From Antedon mediterranea (Eukaryota > Animalia > Echinodermata), in assembly GCF_964355755.1 (NCBI RefSeq), contig NC_092671.1, positions 11,346,001-11,410,000 of the forward strand: 64,000 bases of DNA. Reading direction: 5' to 3'. The notes under the pieces are model-generated. The model did no database searches, had not been told where the DNA came from, and saw only the letters and a program-made list of their open reading frames with translations. Shown here in pieces: positions 27,601 to 41,135 of the stretch. Every line of letters begins with the position of its first letter. Position 1 is the stretch's first letter. The translations under genes were made by a program, and so were the position numbers.

Positions 27601-29705
27601 GTTGTAGGAATATTTAGATCTAGTATTACTGGCCTTAGTGATGTTTACAATAGACTACAGTGAAATAAAATACTAATACATTCAACTCTCCCAATAGGAC
27701 TCTATGAAAACCGGAATCTCTTCCAAAACCGATGTGAGGTCCAAAAGGTCCAAAGTTCATATTTACCATTAAAAACACATTCTGAACACATTTCTGGAAA
27801 ACCAGATATCATAGCAAAACCCAAAGGTGTCTGGTTTTGACTGTACTACAATGATGATACTTTACTGGCTGTACCGATAACAAATTTGGAGATACAGTAG
27901 ATCAAACTGAAGTCAATTTAAAGCAGAAGAACTTACTACTTTACAATTTGCCTTGTTGATGCATAGTCTTTCCAGACCTTCCACTAACTCAGCGATGGAA
28001 ATACCTTCATATCGTCTGTCTTTTTGTCGCATAGCCTTCTCACAAGATTCAATAAGATATTCCACCGTGCCTTAATTATACAATTGAATGCAATTTATTA
28101 CAAACACAATGATTCAATACTGCACATTATAAAATATAAGTTAATCTCTGTACTGTAGTGAGCAACATGGTTTTGAGGAACGTATTTGGAACTAAACATT
28201 AAATAACTACTAATTGGAAAGCATTGTAGAGAAAAAATTGATTATAACTGCAAATGTTATTTCAAAAAAGAAAAGTAAAGTTGAGAATGCTTTGAAAGTT
28301 GTAGTAAAACAACCAAAACATCAGATATACAAGAGATATTCTCAACCTTACAAATAATATTTTGCATATTTTTATTTTTTTAAATTAATCAATGGTAAGT
28401 CTCTATTACAAACCTGTGTCTTTTAATATATCCATCTGGTCCTCCTCGATAATTGCCGCAATAAGCATCATCGTCAAAGCTTTGAGGAAATCATCAAATT
28501 CCAAGTATGCTTTGATTTTTTCCACGACACATGCCTTGCGGAAGTAGACGTTGAGAGACAAAGATCTACTTAGATTGTGTAGTATACTCAGGCAAGCTTT
28601 GCATAAATAATGAACATTCTGTGAAAAGCAATTTAAATTCTTTAGTTTGGCCTCATACAACATACAAAAACATGTTGTTTACAATCTATAACCAACTTGC
28701 CATTTTTTAGTGACATCATCATCATGGTTCACCATTACCTTTAATTAGTTCATTCATCATTCTTTGCCAGGAAAAAACATGACAAAAATGGAAATAGGTT
28801 GCTAGTCTAGTTTAACCTACTTTAAAACAATATCTGGTGTGTGTCATAAAAACATTAAACCATAGTCTTTTATAGGAACCAACTCATAGTGAGTTAAGGC
28901 TTGCATAACATGTCAACAACTACAACAATAATAGATTGCAATTTTGTCTGAATAATTACAGTTATGAGCTTTGGATAAATGCCCCGAACCCATCGAATGT
29001 TGTTTAGAATAAATAAATACCCCCTTGAATAAATCACCGGGGAAGAAAAAATCAAAACTCCCTCCTGTCACATTCATAAACTCTGTATTATATTTTTTTT
29101 TAAACAGGTAAGTAAAGCTAAGTGATGTGAGCTATTGTTATTTATTTACCTTACTTTTTTCAAGCTTCTGTCTGTATTGAGGTGAATCTAATATATCAGA
29201 GCATAGCTTCACCATGCCAGCATCACCAAGAGCCGTGGCAAATGACAAACTTGCATCGCTGAAGTTCCATGAGTTATTGAAAACATAATATGCAGAAAAC
29301 CACACTGAATCATTCTTAAAATAACCATATTTAGAAAGGTTGTTGAGTATTTTTATAAACAGTTCTGAAAGTTAAAAAAAATAAAAACAGTTGATAATAC
29401 TGAAGCAAACTGAAATCCTAGTGTGGTTTGTGTCTGTGGGGGAAAATATAGACTACCGAAAAAAATACACAGGATGTTTTCAGATACAATGTCTTTGTTA
29501 TTTGGTTTCAACTTTCTATATACCAACCTGGTGCATTTCCTTCTGCCAACGCCTCTCCAACTTCTTTTCTGTAGGCCTCAAAGTTCCAGTAGCAGTCCCC
29601 AATGTATTGCAGTTCGTTTTTGGCATCTTTGGTATTGTAACTCGTCATATTCTCTAACGCCTTTAGACTTTTCTTGATAATTTTAATAGCGTTTTCCTCA
29701 CTCAT
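24618..29705 (-). CDS. ARM-repeat / TIR (TIR_2-type) / C-terminal SAM-like protein; 10 coding exons (approx. 29705-29528, 29364-29150, 28618-28414, 28070-27937, 27557-27311, 27196-27099, 26747-26606, 26234-26055, 25275-25133, 24780-24618)
   Basis: ARM-like helices: SILHNLS, AIKAVWSLAF, SAQRALWVV. TIR: HIMISYQW, GYKIWIDL, GSTLQAMASAVENA, YKYSHNCRTEAEYA, IVPLMMQ, PDGWLG. SAM-like: WSRDEVQNWL..FDGSTL..APEFFY. A probable 5' UTR exon has its donor at ~34259. Confidence 0.85.
24878..25079. mobile_element. MITE family 1, copy 3 with expanded internal 21-bp repeat
   Basis: AAGCTCTGTCTACA ... TGTAGACAGAGCTT flanked by TA, with 4 x GGTAGTGATATGCCCAAATAT. Confidence 0.8.
25340..25935. repeat. Compound minisatellite (~20-bp CTAATCTGCA units followed by ~57-bp units)
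   Basis: Directly visible in the TIR-gene intron. Confidence 0.85.
26802..27069. mobile_element. MITE-like element
   Basis: Imperfect TIRs AAGCTTGTTTTCCGGTCAAC ... GTTAACTGGAAAACAGGCTT. Confidence 0.6.
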
Positions 29706-30244
29706 GATTGCTAATTTATTTTTACACTGCTAACTAAAAACTGCAGATACAGATAAAAAGTTACAAAATGAAGCAAGTACAAATAAATAAATCATCAAAA
29801 GTTAGTTAGTGAATAAACTGCACCCACCCAAATAATATATAGGCCTCTATAGGCTAGTAAACCTACAAAGTAAAATGATGGTACAGTATGTATGATTAGA
29901 CTAATGAGGCATATTATTATTATTATACTATCTTTTAATACTGGCCTACTCACGCCTAGACCCTAGATATGGATCAAGCTAGTTGGCCTTATAGATTCAG
30001 CCCACGAAATTCAGAAAAAAGAAGGTCGGCAAAAAATTGCCGACCTTAAATTCGCCAAGGTCGGCAGTCTCGGCAGTTCTAAAAATAGAAAATTCACCCC
30101 AAGGCCTAAACCTTTTGCTAACCTAAAAAAGGCCTAGCTAGGCCTAGCCTCCCTAGCTATATGTTATGCAAAAAGAACTAGCAAAATTAACTAAAAAAAA
30201 TATAAAAACCTAACACTAAAATCTACAAGATAAATTCTATTTGA

Positions 30245-30369
30245 TTATATTTAGGTATATTTATTCATAAAAAGACATCAAAATACAACGGCAGCCAAAA
30301 GGCTGAAAAGTAGTATTTTACAAAATTTGATAAAAATATATAAATACATTATGTATAAAAGGTAAAACT

Positions 30370-30411
<42 letters not shown>

Positions 30412-33400
30412 ATAATAATAATAATAATTTACCACATTAAAATTGGTCCACCTGTAAGTTAAAATAGTGCCAGCCTATTCAATATTCATCATTAATGAGT
30501 CGGACTAAAAAAGGGACTGGTGAAGATCTAAATCTTTCTGTACGACCAAACGGGATTTTGAGTAGAGGCTTACTCGCAGACCTCAGGGTTCTGCTAATGT
30601 CACGAACAGGTGGAAGAATGCTTCTAAATGTATCGGACTTTATTATTCCTTTACCAAATTTCAGTAAGAGTTGGACTCTTCTGTTAACTAGCGATGGAAG
30701 GTCTGACAATTTAAGAGCAGACTCGTACAGTAGGATACATAGTTCATGCCATAAATGATTCGTAGAGCTCTTTTTTGAACTCTTTCTATTGACTTAGTTT
30801 GGTCTTTCGTAATTGAACTGTGCCACACAGGGCATGCATATTCAACTAAAGGACGTATATAGCAAGTATATACTTGTAGTAAATCTTTACAAGGCGCCTT
30901 GGCTTTCTTAAGTATAATCAAAGTGTACAAACGTCGACATGCTTTAGCAACGATATCATGAATATGCATCTCCCATTTAAGGTTATCCTGCAAGGTGACA
31001 CCAAGCAGTTTAATGTGATTTACACATTTAAGATCATGGCCATTTAGATTGAAACTGGGAGGAGGACAGTCGGACTTTAGGAAGGAAATACGCATCACAT
31101 TGCACTTGGATGGCTTGGGGAGGACTCTATTTATCAAACACCAATCATCAAGTTGATTTAAAGTGTCCTGCAACAATTGTCTATCACTACTTCTAACTAC
31201 TTCACTAAGAGTGAGGTCGTCCACATATTTCCACCGCCTGTCAGTTCCCTCAGCAACATCATTGACTAATACCAAAAAGAGAAGGGGACCCAACTTCGTG
31301 CCCTGGGGCACCCCACAAGTAATATTAGAATTTGAAGAGGTGGCTCCCTTAACTTTGGTATTGCATGTGCGATTTAAGAGGAAACTACAAACGGTAGGAA
31401 GAATGGACGGCCTCACTCCTATGGATATTAATTTATTTATGACAACTTAATGATCCACACGATCGAAAGCCTTCGTAAAGTCTACAGCACATAAGTTTAA
31501 ATATTTGCTACCCCCCTCCAGGTCAGATACAACAGAATTTATCAAGTCTACGAGGTAGTGTGAAGTTGACGAGCCTCTACGACAACCAAATTGCTTACTA
31601 TCTAAAGAATCTTTTATATCATTAGTTACCCACTCCGCTAAAAAGCTTTCAAATATCCGAGAAAAAATGGGTGTTAGGGATATAGGCCGAAGGTCATTAC
31701 AATTATTAGCATCTGGAACCTTAGGAACTGGTATTATAGTAGCCTTTTTCCATTGTTCAGGAAAATTACCTTCATTTAAAGAAGAATTAAAAATGTCCGC
31801 TAATGGATAAGAGAGTTCAAATGAGAATTCCTTAATTAATCTGATCGGTAGATCTTCTGGGTGTCCTGCTTTTTGTATGTTTAACTTATCGATTGCAGAT
31901 TTCACTTGTCCTGGGTAGATAACGGGTGGGGGTTCCGATGCTGGTAAGTAACTTGGTAGTTTTGTAATGTCAAGTGCTGAAAGTTCACTACAAATCGTGG
32001 CAAAATGTTGGTTAATTACTTCAACAGCCGCTTGCGTTGATAGACCAGGGATGTTAAACGTGTCCTTTTTCTTTAGATTGCAGAGATTCACAATTCCTTT
32101 GTGCCATCTAGCAGGGCTATTGCTTTTTAGACACTTTAATGAGGTCGCGTAAAACTTCTCCTTCGCGTGCGTAATTGCTCTTTGTATGGAGTTACGTATC
32201 CTTCGCCATTGTTGGGTATGGTTACTAGAAAAGGCCAACTGTCGTTCTACAATCAATCTCTTGATTCTCGGCGTCATCCACGGCTTATCGGTTTTCTTAT
32301 GGCAAATCGATTTCACGGGGAAAAAATCTGCAAATTTCCCATTAAGCACAGTAAGAAATTCATTTGTTTTAACACTTGTTGATTCGCTATCAAGAACATG
32401 GCACCAGTCATGGGCAGTGATCCACGATCCAAATGATCTAACCGACGAGTTACGATACGGTTGGATAGTACAAGTGGTGTAGTTAGAGGTAGGTATAACA
32501 TGGATTGGTTTCAATAGTATACAACAATGGTCGCTACGTCCTAAGGGGGCCAACTTAGTGGCTTTACTGTATCTCTCCGGTCGATTCATGAACACTTTAT
32601 CAAGTATGTTATTTTTCCTATGGGTAGGAAAATCAATCATTTGTTCCATACCTAATTCAGATTGCATATAGGTAGTGTTTAGATGGTTGAAGTCACCAAG
32701 TACTATGATATTTGCCAATCTATCCATTCCATAAATACTATCAATTACATTTCCAACATGCTCTAAAAGTTGGTTGGGGTAGTTGGCAGACGGCGGGTAG
32801 TAAATAGCTCCGATATATATAGAACGCGTTTTGCTGTTCTGTGTAGAGCGATAGCTAATTTTTGACCATAGGCATTCGAATTTGCAATCAGTATGCGTAA
32901 CAATCGGATGGATTTCCAGGTGGTCCGCTGCAAAGCATGCTACGCCACCGCCGATTTTATCAGTTCTGTTTTTAAAAACGCCTTTATAATCGCAAAAGTT
33001 AACAATACCTTGTGTTTCCTCTGTTAGCCATGTCTCAGTGACTATCGCTACATCTACATTATGTTTCTTTAAGGTACAGTGAAATTCGTCTGCTTTATTC
33101 TTTAATGACCACGCATTCGTATACATAATTGTCGGTGCAGCTAAATCCCCTGTGATGCATGGGATCAAATTTCCAATATTACGACCTTGGGTCACCTTAT
33201 TTCCTACTGAACGAAAAGTTACCCTTGTATCAATTTTCCTTCTTAGCTTAACACCTCCGCGTTTCCTTCTTGGTCGTTTTCTAGGCCGAGAATCGCTACC
33301 GGTATGCATACAAGCCGGTCTATTGTTTACCTCCACCTGTATATGCAGTTCCTTTGTCATTGCGTACCGTGCCGTGTCCAAAAAAAAAAAAAACAAGACC

Positions 33401-33600
33401 AAACCGGCGACAAGCACAAAAACGGCTAAATTATGAACGTACAAGCACAAAAATCCATCAAAATTCATCAAAATATCATCTAAACCAACAAGCAACACTT
33501 AGTAATCGCTAAATAAGACACATCAACAAGTTAAACAACGAAAATAAGGAAAATAGAGGTGTCTTGCAGATAGCTCAGCGACACACGTCTACCATACAAT
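30245..33600 (-). mobile_element. Apparently full-length single-ORF non-LTR retrotransposon (CR1/L2/Rex-Babar group)
   Basis: APE motifs (NAWSL, VTETW, GDFN, SDH) and RT motifs (LRPISLT, DFTKAFD, GVPQGTKLGP, KYVDD). The 3' end has a CAGCCTTTTGGCTG hairpin and AATAAA. Ends are approximate. Confidence 0.9.
30479..33360 (-). pseudogene. APE-RT polyprotein with one in-frame stop (31447-31449) and a frameshift near 30720
   Basis: Reads VDH*VVINKL in frame into the 242-aa ORF. The C-terminal LPSLVNRR..RTERFRSS is in another frame. Confidence 0.85.
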
Positions 33601-35122
33601 AGGATGTTTTTCATCTTCATTAATTGATAATTAATGAATTGATAATTAATTAATTGATAATTAATTGCTGAACATCATGGTTCTGGAGCTAGCCGTACAC
33701 AGAGCATAGTTGCTTGCTTGGCATAACAGGGTATTCCCCTACACAGGTCTGTGGCGCACAGCGCTGTGCCCAGCCAGCTTGCTTGATAGGCTAGGAAAGC
33801 ATGTAATGCAGCTCACACACAAAATGATGTAATGGTTGAGTGAATTCAGGGATCATCTTAATTCCATGGTTTGTTAACTAAACACAACATGGTGGTGAAT
33901 ATGCCTGTTAAAATTTCAATGATACGATCCCTTAAAGTACCATGTTGTTGCTAGGAGGCTTGAAAGGAGGGATCTAGCCTAGTTTCTAGGTCGGCAATCT
34001 CTTGCCGTCCTCTGACAATTTAAGGTCGGCAATAAGGTCGGCAATTGCCGATTGCCGACGTGAAATTCATGGGCTGTAGATTGCCGAAGATAGGCTAGCC
34101 TAGCTATTCGTATGCCTATAGTATAGCTAGGCCTAGCCTAGAGGCTAGGCTTAGCCGGATCCTAGTTAGGCTAGGCCTACTTAAGGGCTAGGTTGGCTGG
34201 GCCTAGCCTACACTAGAGCTTAGCTAACCTACTAGATAAAGACACAACTGTATAAATACCTGAATATCAAAACAATCCACAGAACACAAACAGTCATTGC
34301 ACATACAAATAAAACGAAAGAACTTGTTTTGAATATGTATTTTGCCAGCCAGGAACTTGCTTGTTGTCTCGACGTACGTACAAGAGTGGGAGTCACGTCC
34401 GTACCCCGTTATCGCCCTCATCGTCGACACTCTTTTAAAAAAAGAGTATTAAAATACTCTTTTTTCGTGCAAAACCTTTTGATAATTTAGAGCTAAAAGA
34501 TAAATATTAATGGAAACTATAAATCATCAAAAAAAAACCAATGCTGATACTGATTTTCGTGATTGTTAGACCACATATCGTGCCCATCAGACTCTAACCC
34601 CGCTGTAGAATAGATATCATGTTCGAAAAAGATGACACCATTTAGTTTGTCGTTAAAGTTAGACTGAATGATGAACTAATTCGTTTCGGAAAAGACGTCG
34701 AGATGAAAATTTGAAGTAGTTTAATTATTATTCTTAAATTTTTTCTGGAGAGGCGAAGATTAAACGAAGTTTAACAAATGTGAAATTGTAAGTAATTCAC
34801 TTTATTTCTCCGTTTAAACAATTTTTGTTTTAGATACTATTTCTAAAATTAGTAACATTATTAGTTTGCTATAACCCAGATATTGTATATTTATATATTC
34901 AACATAATATAAACCTATAGTAGGTTATTTTTTAATTAGCTACAAGTACAACATGCTATTTGACATATTCCCTTCTATACATAAATGTTTTGAACACATT
35001 GCTTAGTTTCACGGCGATTTAACTAGATACAACCCAAACCCAAACGAAATTAACTAAAGCTGGCATGAGAACCAATTTATAACGATTTAATCCCTATTTC
35101 AAATTGCAACATTTTTTTATTC

Positions 35123-38100
35123 TTAAGTATTGGCTGCTCCTTGCATCTGAAGACTTTCAAAATCTTTATTCCCACTTATGTTGTTTTTCCTGTAATAATA
35201 AAACAAGAATATAAGTTACACGGTGTCATCGGTAATCGGAAATAAGTTTAAAGGTAAAAGTAAAGTACTGTTTTTATTACCTTGTAATCATTTCAGCTTC
35301 TTCTATAGTCTGCGGCAGTGGCACATTTAAAGTTTCCGGCAGAAGAAGTGCCACCAGTCCTGAAGTCACTGACGTAAAACTGAACGCCACCAGCGGCAGA
35401 GGTGCCCATACTTTTTCGAGGAAAAGAATCTGAGGGGCAAGCATCCCAGCCACTCGTGAAAAGAAGGAGCATATTCCTAAACCGGTGCTTCTGTAAACAC
35501 ATAAAATTACGTTGTAAATGTCACATGTATTGACACAATGTGCACCAAAAGAACGGGTGCTGTGTGTTTTTTTGGAAAACCAATCATTTTACAAAGACCA
35601 GACAACATTCAGGAATATTAATATTATTGTACGAACTTAGCATATTATTGCTTGTGAAAATAAATGTATTTAACTTGCCTAATATTCGTTGGAAAAAGTT
35701 CAACAGTATATATATAAACAATTCCAAATGCAGATGTAATGAAAAACTTGCCAATCATTGCTAAAGATGTTCTGAAAGCCACGAGTGTTACCGCTGAAAG
35801 TGTACAAACATGATTATTATTACTGTACTCTAAATAAATGGCTTTATAAAAGCAACACGTTGCTCAAAAAATTGAAAATTTGAATCGACCTGAAAAATAC
35901 ATTGTTAAATTACCTTAGTAATAATTGTAGTATAATAAAAAGGTGGAATTTTGATTTGTCAGTAGGCGAAATAGTACCGTATGCTCGATTATAATCCCAC
36001 GCACTAATTTAGGCTAAATTCGGACACTATTTGGTGGTGGTACGTGACTTTCAATAGAGCATGCATCGATGTTGAACGAATCTAGACTTACGGATCCATA
36101 TATTGATAAAACAAGCGACACCACCAGCAACAAGGGTACCTGCTAGTGAACATCGTCTGCCCAGCTTCTGAATAAAGAACCAAGTGAACAGGCAGGCAAA
36201 CAACTCGGTAACACCACCCAAGAAAGTTCCAATGTATACGTCGACGTTTAGACCCTCAACACCATACGTCAAACCATAGTAGGCAAGGTTAACGGCAAAC
36301 CTATTTTAAACATTAGTTTAAACAAAATTTAGTTTTAGTTGGAATCTATCAAAAAAATATCTCTGATATGGCTGTAATGGCATGGCATTAAATTCTTACC
36401 TTTTCAACTTTTTCACAGAGTTTTCGAGCGGAATACATGAAAATAGTTTAAATACACAAATAAACAAGAAATATGTCGTACCAACTATATGTGATGTAAA
36501 CAGTTTTTCTTCTCATCTGTGTATATCGAAGTATAATCAACGGACTAGTCTTTGTACTTTCACTTGAATCCTATAATAAAAATACATGCGTTTTATGTCC
36601 CATTTTGTTTTATTAACTTTCGTTTATTCAACTAAAGATGTGTTGTCCCCAACAACATGAAAAATAAAATCAGATTTTCAATAGATTATTTTGTAGTTTT
36701 AATAACGTTAATCACTTTCGTCGAAAACGGAAAAAATTAATGTTTTCACTTATAAAATGACAGAATAAATGGTTAAATTCAACCACAAACCCCATTGGCT
36801 GGCAGCCAATTTAATTTTTTTTTTTTGCTCTTATGTACAGTTTTTAGGTAAATACATTTTTTTCAATCTAATTTTTGGTGTAAGTAGTGGATAGCTATTA
36901 GGTGACATTGAAATGGCATAGGCCTATTGAAAAAAAAAATTGAAGAATTATTTTTCAGGGCAGGGGTGGCGGATACAATACATCTTTAAAAACCCATAAA
37001 ATCACACAAAACGAGGAACCAGTCATACATGCCTTTTTTGCATGGTTGTGACCCTTCCCGTAAAACTGTTAGGAATAAATACAAACTAACATACTAACCT
37101 CTATTCAGGGGAGAATTTCACATTACGTACGTTGTGCTCATAATATTTGGTTCGCGTTCGGTATATGAACGCGTCTAATAATACTCTGCTAATACGATGA
37201 CATTTTGTCAGCAAAATAAATATTTTAAATAACTTACACATCCAACTTCTAAATTGTCCAATATGTCATCCGGTAAATCTCCAACTTTATTTCTTTTCGC
37301 AATTTTTTGAATAACAAGTTTTGCTTCTTCAGTTTTCCCTTTGGCAAGAAGCCACCGAGGTGACTCTGGAATAAAACTGTAAAAACGATCAAAATTAATT
37401 TCTGGATTACCTACCAGTCACCGAAACATACAACATAAAATATTATAATACCAACATTGTTTGATCATAATTATTTTTTTTATGTTTATAGGAAATTGTT
37501 ACCATAAAAGCAAATAAATTCACAGAGCTAATAATCACATGATGCTTCCTAAACAAAGTCTTAAGTAATTTTTTAGTAGAGTTGGGTTTTTTATTTGTCA
37601 TAAGAAAAAAACCTGACAATTTACACGATTTGACCCTAATGTACGATCAATATACAAGTTAGGCTACAACTACATGTTACAACAGCTAATTATATTTCCT
37701 GTGTACATTCATTTAAAGATCACATGTAATATATCAATTCACAATTACTCTTTACATGCTTTCCGTTTTTAATTTATAAAATACAATTATAATACAATCG
37801 TTCTTACAAGTAAAGCAACAGCAGGGGGGAAAGGGAAATACTGAAAGTCATGAGAAGCTTGTCCCATGATCTAATGAAATAAGCAATCGGAGCTAACATC
37901 ATTATGCCAAAGCACCAATAGATTATCACAATGATAGACACCATGGCTCGTCTTGATGGAGGAACTAATTCCGTAACTGAAAATAATAACAGAGAAAAAA
38001 AACAATATTTTAATACAAATTGTCTGTATTACTATCAGGACAGTCTGACCGACAGAAAATATATTGGAAATGTTCATTGTATGCCCGTGACAAACAGTTA

Positions 38101-40497
38101 TCTCATCAAAATATTATTATTTAGCTTAAAAGGTCGGGCATTACCGAGTACCTATATTATGTTGTTTTAATCAGGCATGCTACTGTAGTAGGGACCTTAG
38201 AACTGCGACGACCAACCTCTAGGGCCTACGCATACCGTGCCGTTTTTCGTCCCATGTCCCTACATGCACACAATTAATTAACTATGCGGTAAATCGAAAG
38301 CTCCTTAATTATGTCGTCCTAATAATTCTTTTTTCTGTCTGAAGTCTCAATATTGAGGAGATTTTACGTGAATGTTGGTACACTGTGCAGTATTACCTAT
38401 CTGCAGATCTGAATACACCATTTTAATTGTATTTTTTAAGTTGGTCAACGGTGTAAAAAAGAATTTTAATGTTATTAAAATATTATCCTACCGTATGTGA
38501 AGACCGAAACATATAACCCAATATCAGATATTCCGCTCAGGAAGCGGAAACTCACATACATCACATATGATTTCGACAGACTGCATAACATCGTGAATGA
38601 TAAAGCCAGTGCAAGGCCTAAAAACGCTCCTTTTCTTCTTCCTAGACTAACAATTGAGATTTATAAAATGTGAGTAGTTTAACGAAATGAATGCATAAGA
38701 ATTTAAAAGTTTGAACTACAATCAAACATTGATTAAGGAATAGATCTATAGAATCTATTCCTTAATCCATGACTCAAAATCGGATATAATTAGGAACCTT
38801 GCGGAAAATCGCGAAGACCATTATTTAAACAAGAGCAATCAGACAGTTGCAACCTCCACCAGGAGTAACAAGTATCAAGAATCGTGATAAACATTCTTCT
38901 TGTATAGTTACGGCCTAAAATTAGTAAAATAATAAAAAAGTGGTCTAGAATTGTTATCCTAGTCCAGAATGCCTCCAAAATTGAATACTAATAATAATAT
39001 TGATACTATTATGAAGGTACCGAATTCTTTCATTTATTTAAAACTTACAAATCGCAAAGAAGTCCGAATAGAATAGAACCAACAAAGAAGCCTGCTAGGT
39101 ACAAGGATGACGCCAAGGACACCAAATAACTATCTTCACACACCAGGTCAAACTACCAAAATATAATGCATATTATATAAATATTTATTGTTGACACTAA
39201 TAAGGCATTGTTGTGATGTATTGGAACAACTCCTGAAATATAGGTAACAATGATTTTAGAATGATTGGAAAATAATATTCATCTGGTTTGAAGATACGAT
39301 ATTTGAAAAATCTATTTTCACAAACCAAAATTAGTTACTGATCTGACCGACAGTTTCAATGTTCCTTTCTCGAGTCAGGTCAGTAACTCATTTTGCTTTA
39401 TCAAAATAGAGTTTTAAAATAATTATGATAAATAATTAATTATTCAGTCTATTTCAATATATACATAAAAAAAAACAGAAATTAGGGAACCCAGGATTAA
39501 CATTAAGGAATATATTATTGCTGTTATTTCAAAAAGGCAATCAAGTACTTTCCTTTTTTCTGTGGCAATCGTTTGGAATCACTAGTGCTCGTTCATATAC
39601 GAGGGAAGATTTAATTTTACTATTCCCTGCTCATACAAATGTTTTTTTATACAAAGTATTCACCACGAGCTAAACTTTACTGTTCATATACACAATGACA
39701 GTTTTGAATATAAGGTACTCCAATGCAACCGTTTCTAAAATCTAAAACTAATCTCTATTTTGTTTTGTAATAATTATTATTTAACACAATATAGCATGCA
39801 TTAGGGGAGACACAGTGACTTCAACCAGTCTATAAATGCCAATGTTTAGGCTATACAGTAGACTGTTAATAACTTATCAGTGTGTATATTAATACATACG
39901 CCATATGGGTTAGTATGTTATTTCAAAGTTTGTTTTTCGACCAGCATAATGACAATACAATAACAAACAAACCAAATAATAACAATGTTAACATTTTAAC
40001 TTTATTATCATTTATATTTACAATTCAACATTATATCTATTTAACGTATTTATGGTGTTTTTTATCCATAAAAACCATAATCCCCCTTTCTTGAGTTTTG
40101 TCCTACCTCTTGATGAACACAAAATAAACAATCTTACCTCAGACACAATAGTGGAATCATACCGTGATCGATCGTAAGCCCATCCATGTTCACAATCAAT
40201 CAGTTCAGTCGTATCATTTTCATACATTCTACATTGTGTTTCATTAATTAATAGTGTCCCCTCATCATCAGGTGGAAGACTCATGCTATCGTTTGTATTC
40301 CAGCAGTCACCGAGATAAAGCTCGCTACAATTAGCTTCATCTGGAGGCTTGCAATGGTGATCCATATTTCCACTGATAAACACGGTTGATATATTAGTAA
40401 ACGAATTCAAAAATATAAGACAGCATATTGACAATGTCACCAGTTTGTGATAGAGACCATATTCACCAATGTATTTAAAGACGTTATCAAACTTCAT
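35123..40497 (-). CDS. SLC22 organic cation transporter-like, copy A (10 exons, apparently intact)
   Basis: Motifs IGEYGLYH, CEHGWAYD, TIVSEFDLVC, LGRR, ELVPPSRR, PESPRWL, VELFPTNIR, LPETLNVPLP. One GC-AG intron has its donor at 35677-35678. Confidence 0.9.
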
Positions 40498-40697
40498 AGT
40501 GCTATTAGATTGGTACTTATTCAACAACCAAACCTTACGCTACTGATCCCTGGATAGGGTTTGTTCTATTGTGTGTAGACTATAGTTGTTACAAATGTTA
40601 GTTATTAAAATATTAACACAAGTCTAAATGCATCACCGCGCAATCCCTCTTTCAAGTTTAACTTAACTTTAACCATTGTACTATTTTTTGAAAACAA

Positions 40698-41135
40698 ATG
40701 CTCCTGCTAGTCCCATGGACTCAACACCGCACAAATGATAGCATAAGAGAGGAGCTTGGTGTATCAAATGATTGGTTGCTGCAGTATGTTAAAAAGCAGA
40801 AATTGTGCTATTTTGGTCACATTAAGCGGAAAGATGGAATGGAGAAGAAGGTTTATATTACAGGGAAGAGAAGAAGAGGAAGACCAAGATGCAAATGGAA
40901 AAGTTAAGTCGAAGATGCTCTCCAGATGGAATGCCATCCTGAGATGAGTAGTAGTAATTTTGTTTATTTTATTTATTTCATTTATATGTAATTTACTTTC
41001 TATGGACCAGAGTTTCCAAAATAAAAGATTGAATGAATGAATGGAAAGAACTATAACAGATGTGTTTGACTCTATGGAGCAAGCAAGTAGGATGACAGAA
41101 GACAGACGATGGTTTCAGAATACTGTTAGAGAAGC
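40698..41135 (+). mobile_element. 5'-truncated RTE-clade LINE fragment with a 138-bp insertion
   Basis: Encodes VPWT.HRTN..I...YFGHI.R..G.RRRGRP..W, typical of the RTE C-terminus. The frame resumes after 41047 (..RMTEDRRWF). Confidence 0.7.

Larger units (their letters stand above)
29998..34076. mobile_element. Non-autonomous DNA transposon (CAG...CTG termini, 6-bp TSD) hosting a LINE
   Basis: TIRs CAGCCCACGAAATTCA / TGAAATTCATGGGCTG, subterminal GGTCGGCA repeats at both ends, and TAGATT duplicated at 29992-29997 and 34077-34082. Confidence 0.7.

Noticed and set aside
33900-34230. CTAGGCCTAG-rich palindromic tract
   Set aside because: This low-complexity motif is scattered throughout the window, and no specific structure is supportable.
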